Shown here: piece by piece, positions 56,278 to 64,000 of the stretch
Position numbering within the stretch: the stretch's first letter is position 1
Layout of the letters: the number at the start of each line of letters is the position of its first letter
Assembly (NCBI GenBank): GCA_963784445.1
Contig: CAWARO010000001.1
Span: 833,133 to 897,132 of the forward strand
Reading direction: 5' to 3'
Origin: an uncultured Acidimicrobiia bacterium
GTDB lineage: Bacteria > Acidobacteriota > Vicinamibacteria > Vicinamibacterales > UBA2999
DNA length: 64,000 nt
The notes under the pieces: generated by a model
Seen by the model: only the letters and a program-made list of their open reading frames with translations
Databases searched by the model: none
What the model was told of the DNA's origin: nothing
Program-made: the position numbers and the translations under genes

Positions 56278-58253
56278 CTACTTCGGCAGGGCTTTCAGGA
56301 GGGCCGTGGCGCGCGCCTCGGTGGGATCGAGCCGAATCGCTTCCAGCGCTTCTCGTCCTGGCCTCTGAAAATCGGCCCAGTTCGGCGTACACCGCAGCCA
56401 GGTTGAGGTGCGCGCTGGCGCTCCCCGGGTCGAGGCGGGAGGCACGTTCGAGATAGGGACGAGCGGTGGGAGGATCGCCGTTCAGAAAAATTGCCACGCC
56501 CAGCTTCTCGTGCGCCTCGGCCCGATCCGGCGCCCGCTGAACCGCGATCTGCAGCCACCGGATTGCTTCGGGCAAGGCCTGTTGCTCGAGCGCCAGCGTC
56601 CCGAAGTCGAGCGCAGTTTCAGCCGACGTTCCCGTCACCGAGTCTTCAATTCCCGACAGCTGTTTGACCGCCTCGCCTGCGCGACCGGCCCTGGTCAGCG
56701 CTTCTCCGAGCGAGAGCCGGATGGCCGGTTCCGGGCCGTCAATGGCGATCGCCTCAGTCAGTAGGGCAACCGCTTCATCCGGCCGCCCCGCATCGAGCAG
56801 CGCCTGCCCGACTCTGAAACGAAGAACCCCAGGGTGACTATGATCGTGCGAGATCTGTTCGACGTACCGGCGCGCCTCGTCGAACGACCCTCGCTCGACG
56901 AGCCACACCGCTTGACGCGTTTGCTCGCCTCCAATCCCGTTGTCGAGTCCGAGATTCCAGAACACCACGAGCGAAGTCATTGCGATGGCACCGGCCGGAC
57001 GCAACGGCAGGCTGAAGCGGCGGGCTCGCACCAGGTCGTAACACCGAACAAGCACGGCGCCGGCCGCAGCGCACAGCGGCACGAACAGCGGCATGCGGTA
57101 GCGATCCGTCACGAAGAAGAGGACCACCGATGCTCCGTACAAAGGGACGAACATCGCCCACACCCAATACCCGTGGCGGTTCGTGCGCAGCGATCGGCCA
57201 GCACAGGCCGACCAGGCCAAGCGGCAGAAGCAGCCAGGGACCGATGGCCAGAACGCGAAGGAATGAGAAGGACTCGCGCGCGTAGAACGCGTAACTGTAG
57301 TTGAGTGGCACGTCGACGCGGTTGAGCAGAATCCTGATCTTGCGTATCCACAACCTGAGCGCATCGGCCGGATGTCCGGCCATCCAGTCGAATGCCCGCC
57401 ACGCAAAGTAGCTGGAAACCTCGCCGGGAGAAAGGCGCCGGCCCGTACTCGATTCGGCCACGCGAGTAGAATCGCCGGCCTGTCCAGCGATCGATGGCGT
57501 GATGCCCGGCACAGGCGTGTAGGTCCCGTCGGCGCGATCGTGGTTGCCGATGTAGAGATTCAACCCGCCGTGCGAGGCAATCAAGACGACGTCCCCGGAC
57601 ACCGCATAATTGCGTGCCGCGCTGGCTGCAAGGACGGCGAGCAGAGCAGTGACCAGCACCGCGCCGCGTTTGATCCGGCCGTCCCGCCACTCGCTGACGA
57701 ACACAACGGCGGCGGCCGCCACAGCAAACACGAGCGCGTTGGGGCGATTGAGAGCGAGCAGTCCAAGTGACGCTCCGGCTGCGGCAAAGGCGCCCGTGCC
57801 ACCACCTGCCATCGTTCGCGTGAGCGCGTAGAGAACACTCGACACGAGGAACGGATCCAATGCCGATTGAAGAATCAGGACTTCGTTGAACGCAAAGATG
57901 CCGGTCAGAATCGCGAGCCCGGCGGCGACCAGAGCCGCCCGTTCGCCAAACCAATGCCGGGTGGTGGCGAAGAGCAACCCCACCGCCGCGGCCCCGAGAG
58001 CGATCTGGACCAGTTGCGCCGCGAGCAACGATCCTCCGGCCGCGAATACGGCCGCGAGGAAGTAGACATACAGCGGCGACACGAAGAACGCCCCAATGGG
58101 CGCCAACAACCCTTCCGTTGCGACTCGCTGGCTCAGGGTGACGTAGTAAGCGGTGTCGAGTTCACCATGTGGCTGCAGCAGTTGGTGGTTCCACAGCTGC
58201 ACGAGGACGACCAACTTGACGGCGAAGGCCGCTGCCACGACCACTGCGACCAT
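56278..58253 (-). pseudogene. GT39/ArnT-PMT-like glycosyltransferase with C-terminal TPR repeats; 2 frameshifts
   Basis: The multi-TM N-terminal part is in the frame of ORF 56838-58514. The TPR part (AEAHEKLGVAIF..., SASAHLNLAAVYAELGRFSEA) is in the frame of ORF 55631-57406. The last 26 codons (REALEAIRLDPTEARATALLKALPK) are in the third frame. Shifts lie near 57200 and 56370. An alternative GTG start is at 58304. Confidence 0.75.
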
Positions 58254-58375
58254 TCGCCACGAGCGGTCCGAAATCGTCTTGAAAGTTGACGGTTTACGGT
58301 TCACAGTTGACAGTTGAGTTTGCCAGTTCGGCAGTTTGAAGTTTAGGTTGCCAGTTTTCAAGCCCGGAGCGAAAC

Positions 58376-60428
58376 ATGAAATTGCGCATTCGCTTGTCGG
58401 TTTCCGCCCTGCTATGCCTGTTGGTTTTGGCGCCTGCCACCGCGCAGGAAAAGCGCCCCCGCACGTTTGTTGACGCCTTGGAGCAGCCGGTCCTGGCCGA
58501 TCCGCAGCTTTCACCGGGCGGCAAGCAGATCGCGTTCGTCATTGATCGCGCGGACTGGAAGGCGAACCGCCGGATCGGTCACATCTTCCGGATCAACACC
58601 GACGGCACCAACCAGGTGCAACTGACATTCGGCGAGCGCGGTGAATCGAGCCCGCGCTGGTCGCCGGACGGCAAGTCGATTGCGTTCACCGCGCGCCGCG
58701 ATCCCGACAGCGTCAACCAGATCTACGTGCTGCACGCCGACGGTGGCGAGGCCCGCAAGATCACGAGCCACGGCACGGCCACCGGCAACATCACGTGGGC
58801 GCCGGACGGCAAGTCGATCTATTTCACCGCCACCGACGCCAAGTCCGCCGAAGAACGCGAGCGCGATCGCGTGCAGGACGATGTCTTTGCGTTCGAAGAG
58901 AACAACTTCAAGCAGCGCCACTTGTGGACCACGGATCTCGAGGGCAAGACGAAACGGGTCACGGAAGGCAACTGGTCGGTCGGCAGTTACGAGCTGAGCG
59001 ACGACGGCACGCGCATCGCGATGCATCGCACGCCGACACCGCTCCTGGGATCGGGCGAGCGCGGCGAGGTGTGGGTCATGGATGCGTCAGGCCAGAACGC
59101 GAAACAACTCACGACCAACGGTGTGTCCGAGGCCAATGCGTCGCTTTCTCCCGATGGCGCCCAGGTTCTGTTCACGGCGGATTCGAGCGCGCAATTCGAG
59201 CATTACTACAACGACAAGCTGTTCCTCGTGCCTGCCGCGGGTGGCGCGGCGCGGGTGCTGCTGCCGGCAGACTGTCAGCTACGAAGTCGAGAACGCGGCG
59301 TGGAGCAAGGACGGCAAGAGCATCTACTTCACCGCCAACATGGGCGTGCACAACGAGATCATGAAAGTGGACGTGGCCACGCGGCAGGTGACGCAGCTCT
59401 CGAAGGGCGAGCACAACCTGCAAGGCTGGTCGGTCTCCGAAGACCACGGCCTGCACGTGTTCCTCCGCAACACCGGGCCGCGACCGAGCGAGGTCTATGT
59501 GATGCCGGCCGGTGGCGGCGAACCGACGCGCGTGAGCGCGGTGTTCACCGACGACCTCGCCAACTTCAAGACCGCGCGCATCGAGCGCATCACATGGAAG
59601 GGCCAGGACGGCGTCACCGTTGAAGGGCTCCTGACATACCCGATCGACTACAAGGCGGGGCAGAAGTATCCGCTGATCGTGGCCACGCACGGCGGGCCGG
59701 CGGCCTCGGATCGATTTGGCTTCGCCACCGAGACGCAGGTCTACGCCGCGAAGGGCTACGCGGTGCTTCGGCCGAACTACCGCGGCAGCACCGGCTACGG
59801 CGATGCGTTCCTGCGCGACATGGTGAACGGCTACTTCAAGCAGGCGCACCTGGACGTGATGGCCGGCACCGACGCCGTGATCGCGATGGGCGTGGCCGAT
59901 CCCGACAAGTTGATCAAGATGGGGTGGAGCGCCGGCGGCCACATGACCAACAAGATCATCACGATCACCGATCGCTTCAAGGCGGCCAGCAGCGGCGCCG
60001 GTGCGGCGAACTGGATCTCGATGTATGCGCAGAGCGACATCCGCGAGTACCGCACGCCGTGGTTTGGCGGCACACCGTGGCAGGCCAATGCGCCGATCGA
60101 TCTGTATTGGAATCACTCGCCACTCAAGGACGTCTCCAAGGTGAAGACCCCGACAATCTTCCTCGTCGGCGAACAGGATCCGCGCGTGCCGCTGCCGCAG
60201 TCGATCGAGATGTTTCGCGCGTTGAAGTCGAACGGCGTGCCGACGCACTTGTACGTCGCGCCGCGGGAGGGCCACGGATGGACGGAACTGCGTCACCGGC
60301 TCTTCAAGCTCCAGATCGAGATGGAGTGGTTCGAAAAGTACATCCACAACCGCGCTTACACGTGGGAGCGCGCGCCGGGCGACGAGAAAAAGGAAACGCC
60401 CAAGCCGACGACGAGCGCGCCACAGTGA
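58376..60428 (+). pseudogene. S9 family serine peptidase (prolyl oligopeptidase/DPP-like), single frameshift near 59265-59280
   Basis: The beta-propeller N-terminal half (SPRWSPDGKSIAF repeats) is in one frame. SYEVENAAWSKDGKSIYF...GWSAGGHMT (nucleophile elbow) is in another. Confidence 0.8.
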
Positions 60429-60534
60429 CTCTCGCCCGGCCTCTCGGCCGGCCGTTAAGCCGTTCAAGCCTTGACTCGCCGCGATTCGAGATGGTACAAA
60501 CAGCCACTTCTCGAACTCGAAGGCGAGGAACCGG

Positions 60535-62559
60535 TTGGCCCAGACGGAAGCAGAGCTGCTAGACAACCCTGTCGCGGGCCATCCGACGCTGATCCTGCGA
60601 TCGCCCGATTTCCACTCAATCACCGAGGCGGTTGCGGAGCCGGTCGAGCGGGCGACCCCGATCGGCTGGTGGCTGTTCTTCATCCCTTCCCTCGGGCTCC
60701 TTAGCCTTCTCGGAATCGCCGTCGCGTGGCTGTTCTGGGAGGGCATTGGCATTTGGGGCCTCAACCAGCCCGTCGGCTGGGCCTGGGACATCACGAACTT
60801 CGTGTTCTGGGTCGGGATCGGCCACGCCGGGACGCTGATCTCGGCAATCCTCTTCCTCTTCCGCCAGACCTGGCGCACCTCGATCAACCGTTCGGCCGAG
60901 GCGATGACCATTTTCGCGGTCATGTGCGCCCTGACATTCCCGGGGATCCACGTGGGACGCGTCTGGGTCGCCTACTGGATGTTCCCGCTCCCGAACCAGA
61001 TGGGCATGTGGCCCAATTTCAGGAGCCCTCTCCTCTGGGACGTCTTCGCGGTCAGCATCTACGGAACCGTTTCGGTCCTGTTCTGGTACGTCGGCCTGAT
61101 TCCAGACCTGGCGACGATTCGCGATCGGGCGAAGACCCCCATCCGAAAGTTCCTCTACGGAATTTTCGCCCTTGGCTGGCGGGGCTCAGTGCGGCAATGG
61201 CACCACTATGAAACCGCCTACCTGATTCTCGCCGCGCTCGCGACGCCGCTGGTCCTCTCGGTTCACTCGATCGTCTCGATGGATTTCGCGGTCTCGCTCC
61301 TGCCTGGATGGCATACGACGGTCTTCCCGCCGTACTTCGTCGCCGGCGCGATCTTCTCCGGGTTCGCCATGGTGCTGACGCTGATGGTGATCTGCCGCAC
61401 GGCGTTCCGCCTCGAGCACATCGTCACCCTCCGACACTTCGACTACATGGCGAAGATCATGCTCGTGACCGGGACGATGGTGGGCTACGCGTATTCCACG
61501 GAGTTCTTCACTGCCTGGTATAGCGGAAACCCCTACGAGCTGTTCACGTTCCTGAACCGCGCGGGCGGACCGTACGCCTGGGCCTACTGGATCATGGTCA
61601 GCTGCAACGTGATCAGCCCCCAGGTCTTCTGGTTCAAGAAGGCCCGCACGAGCATCCCGATCCTGTTCACGGTGTCGATCATCATCAACATCGGCATGTG
61701 GTTCGAGCGGTTCGTGATCATCGTGACGTCGCTGCACCGCGACTTCCTGCCCTCGTCCTGGGGTTACTTCAGTCCCACGGTCTGGGACGTGATGTGCCTG
61801 CTCGGAAGCTTCGGGCTCTTCTTCACGATGTTCTGCCTGTTCGTGCGCTTTCTCCCGATGGTGGCCACCGCCGAGGTCAAGACCGTCCTGCCGCAGGCCC
61901 ACCTGCATGGGCACCACGACCACGCGTCCGAGAGCCAGCACCACGCACCTGCGCCGGCCCTTGCAGCGGCCGAAGCGCCTTCTAAATGGAGTTTCCAGCT
62001 GCCGATGGTCCCGCGGCTTCCGAAGGGACCCTACTACGGCATCCTCGCCGAGTTCGCGACGCCTGACGCCCTCTACCGCGCGTGCGAGCGGGTGCGTGAC
62101 GCCGGCTTCACGAAGTGGGACGCCCACAGCCCGTTCCCCGTCCATGGCCTCCACAAAGCGATGGGACTCCGGCGCTCCTTGCTTCCCTGGATCGTCCTCG
62201 TGATGGCACTGACGGGCGCTTTGGCTGGGTTTGCCCTGCAGTGGTGGGTCCACACCACCGCCTACCCGCTCGTGATTAGCGGCAAGCCATTCTTCACCTG
62301 GCCCGCCTTCATTCCGATCACTTTCGAGGTCGCCGTCCTCTTCGGTGCGCTCGGCGCGGTCTTCGGCATGCTTGGCCTGAACCGGCTGCCGATGCACCAC
62401 CATCCGCTCTTCCAATCCAAGGTCTTCGAGCGGGCGAGCGACGACACGTTCTTCATCTCGATCGAATCGTGGGATCCCCGGTTCGATCCGTCGGCTACCC
62501 GGACGCTGCTGGAGTCCGTGGGCGCGCGTAGCGTCGAGCTCCTGGAGTCCTCTGAATGA
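60535..62559 (+). CDS. actC: Alternative Complex III ActC (NrfD-like quinol-binding subunit) fused to ActD (DUF3341)
   Basis: 674 aa, TTG start 7 nt after GAGGAA. ActC signature [42 protein letters not shown]. After a His-rich linker comes the ActD-like [39 protein letters not shown]. Confidence 0.85.
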   Translation: MAQTEAELLDNPVAGHPTLILRSPDFHSITEAVAEPVERATPIGWWLFFIPSLGLLSLLGIAVAWLFWEGIGIWGLNQPVGWAWDITNFVFWVGIGHAGTLISAILFLFRQTWRTSINRSAEAMTIFAVMCALTFPGIHVGRVWVAYWMFPLPNQMGMWPNFRSPLLWDVFAVSIYGTVSVLFWYVGLIPDLATIRDRAKTPIRKFLYGIFALGWRGSVRQWHHYETAYLILAALATPLVLSVHSIVSMDFAVSLLPGWHTTVFPPYFVAGAIFSGFAMVLTLMVICRTAFRLEHIVTLRHFDYMAKIMLVTGTMVGYAYSTEFFTAWYSGNPYELFTFLNRAGGPYAWAYWIMVSCNVISPQVFWFKKARTSIPILFTVSIIINIGMWFERFVIIVTSLHRDFLPSSWGYFSPTVWDVMCLLGSFGLFFTMFCLFVRFLPMVATAEVKTVLPQAHLHGHHDHASESQHHAPAPALAAAEAPSKWSFQLPMVPRLPKGPYYGILAEFATPDALYRACERVRDAGFTKWDAHSPFPVHGLHKAMGLRRSLLPWIVLVMALTGALAGFALQWWVHTTAYPLVISGKPFFTWPAFIPITFEVAVLFGALGAVFGMLGLNRLPMHHHPLFQSKVFERASDDTFFISIESWDPRFDPSATRTLLESVGARSVELLESSE

Positions 62560-63770
62560 CCCCCGAACACGATCACGTCGCGCTTCGGGCCGAGCAGGTC
62601 ACGATCCCGCCGGGGCACTCGTGGAACCGGATTCCGGTGATTGCCGCTGTTATTGCCCTGCTGGGGGCGGTGGTCTGCGCGATTCTGGCGCCGGGGAATC
62701 CGAAGCAGTTCTACTTCTCGTGGCTCGTGTCGTTCCTGTTCTTTATGAGCCTGGCCCTCGGTGCGCTCTTCTTCGTGCTGATCCAGTACGCGGCCCAGGG
62801 AGGCTGGGGGGTTGTGCTGCGGCGGATTGGGGAGACGGTCTTTTCCACGATTCCCGTGATGGCGGTCCTGTTCGTCCCGATACTCTTCGGGCTGCACGAT
62901 CTCTTCGAATGGTCCCACGCTGACGCGAGGGAGCACGACGCGCTGCTGGCATGGAAGGCGCCTTACCTCAACGTGACGTTTTTCTTGATCCGGGCGGTGC
63001 TGTTCTTTGGAATCTGGTCCTTCATCGCGGTGATTTACTCCCGCGGCTCGCGCGGCCAGGACGCGACGGGCGATCACAAGGTGTCGGCGCGCCTGCGCAA
63101 ATTCGCCGGGCCCGCGATCATCGTGATGGCGCTCACCACGACCTTCGCGTCGATCGACTGGATCATGTCGCTCACGCCGCACTGGTACTCCACCATGTTC
63201 GGCGTCTATTTTTTCGCGGGCTCCTGGGTGGGGTTCATCGCGCTGCTCTCGGTGGTCGTGTCGGCAATGCGCGGGGCGGGTTTGCTGGACACGGTCATCA
63301 GCAAAGAGCACATGCAGGACGTCGGAAAGTTCCTGTTCGCATTCACGGCGTTCTGGGGCTATATCGCCTTCTCCCAGTATTTCCTCGTGTGGTACGGGAA
63401 CCTCCCGGAAGAGACGATCTTCTACAAAGCGCGGATGGAAGGGTCCTGGTTGACGGTCTCGCTCATCCTCCTGTTTGGACACTTCGTGGCGCCGTTCTTC
63501 TACCTGATGGGACGGAGCGTCAAGCGGAACGGAGCGACCTTGGCCTTCGGGGGAACGTGGATCCTGGTCATGCACTTCGTGGATTTGTACTGGCAGGTCA
63601 TGCCGACGCTCCATCCCGAGGGGCTCAACCCGTCGCTGCTTGACGTCGCTGCGCTCATGGCGGTCGGCGGATCTTTCGTGGCGGCGGCGAGCTGGCTGAT
63701 GCGACGGCATGCGCTCGTGCCACTGCGCGACCCGAGGATTGCGGAATCGCTGGCCTTCGAGAACGTCTGA
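62556..63770 (+). CDS. actF: Alternative Complex III ActF-like membrane subunit
   Basis: 404 aa polytopic protein. Contains [23 protein letters not shown]-type coupling to actC-D. Confidence 0.8.
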   Translation: MTPEHDHVALRAEQVTIPPGHSWNRIPVIAAVIALLGAVVCAILAPGNPKQFYFSWLVSFLFFMSLALGALFFVLIQYAAQGGWGVVLRRIGETVFSTIPVMAVLFVPILFGLHDLFEWSHADAREHDALLAWKAPYLNVTFFLIRAVLFFGIWSFIAVIYSRGSRGQDATGDHKVSARLRKFAGPAIIVMALTTTFASIDWIMSLTPHWYSTMFGVYFFAGSWVGFIALLSVVVSAMRGAGLLDTVISKEHMQDVGKFLFAFTAFWGYIAFSQYFLVWYGNLPEETIFYKARMEGSWLTVSLILLFGHFVAPFFYLMGRSVKRNGATLAFGGTWILVMHFVDLYWQVMPTLHPEGLNPSLLDVAALMAVGGSFVAAASWLMRRHALVPLRDPRIAESLAFENV

Positions 63771-63778
63771 GAGCGGGC

Positions 63779-63846
63779 GGTACGTAGAGGCGGGACTTTA
63801 GTCCCGCCTTCTGGCGGGCGGGTCTAAAGACCCGCCCCTACGTACC
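63779..63846. repeat. Double REP-like hairpin flanked by inverted GGTACGTAG / CTACGTACC
   Basis: GGCGGGACtttaGTCCCGCC and GGCGGGTCtaaaGACCCGCC lie between the inverted 9-mers. Confidence 0.75.
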
Positions 63847-63919
63847 GAGTCTGTATGATGGGGTTGCACAGAGGGCTAGCCCAGTATAAAGTCGGCCCAT
63901 TATGACCAAGGAGCTGAGC

Positions 63920-64000
63920 ATGCGCTTGACAGGGAACAGGTTGTGGCTGGCGGTGTGGCTGGTCACGGTGTTGGTGTCGCCGGGCGTAGCTTTTGCCGCC
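63920..64000 (+). CDS. 5' end of a secreted-protein gene (runs off the window)
   Basis: ATG six nt after AAGGAG. MRLTGNRLWLAVWLVTVLVSPGVAFAA looks like a signal peptide. Confidence 0.3.
   Translation, partial: MRLTGNRLWLAVWLVTVLVSPGVAFAA

Noticed and set aside
46339-60428. Programmed ribosomal frameshifting as an explanation for the split genes.
   Set aside because: I saw no slippery heptamer or downstream structure at the junctions. The shifts go in both directions, there are several per gene (six in one), and the genes are functionally unrelated. Mutation or sequence error is far more parsimonious.

Overview
GC-rich bacterial chromosomal window centred on the replication-origin neighbourhood. 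The gene content suggests an Acidobacteriota-like organism: a CarboxypepD_reg-type TonB receptor, Alternative Complex III and weak Shine-Dalgarno usage. That assignment is inference only.

Core genes, minus strand unless noted:
- A polysaccharide-type ABC exporter pair.
- An F1Fo ATP synthase sub-operon (b', b, delta, alpha, gamma, beta, epsilon) with no atpB/atpE in the window.
- selD-parB-parA-rsmG-mnmG-mnmE-jag-yidC-yidD-rnpA-rpmH.
- On the plus strand, dnaA-dnaN-gyrB-gyrA, with no recF.
- Then uvrD/pcrA, glmS-glmU-rsmI, DUF885, galU, serS and tRNA-Ser(UGA).

Downstream of the tRNA the content turns accessory:
- Two di-haem cytochrome c peroxidase-like proteins, an ECF sigma factor, FKBP, an AraC regulator, an RNA methyltransferase and an O-antigen-ligase-like protein.
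- A roughly 14 kb tract (46.3-60.4 kb) where six genes carry about 12 frame disruptions.
- A partial Alternative Complex III module (actC-actD fusion plus actF).

Main observations:
1. Two selenoproteins that the ORF track splits at in-frame UGA codons. One is SelD. The other is a PDO/AhpF-N-terminal-like thioredoxin-fold protein with a UPHC redox motif. Each has an fdhF-like GGUC-loop hairpin downstream of the UGA.
2. Tandem 3' fragments of tRNA-Ser, resembling integration scars.
3. The frameshift-dense gene-decay tract.
4. Several families of short dispersed intergenic repeats built from reiterated 7-11 nt words. Some are near-identical at loci tens of kb apart.
5. Two perfect parS-like palindromes.
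6. DnaA-box clusters and an AT-rich candidate oriC.

I found no CRISPR array, transposase, integrase or recognisable defence system. All calls rest on reading translations and motifs by eye; no database search was run.
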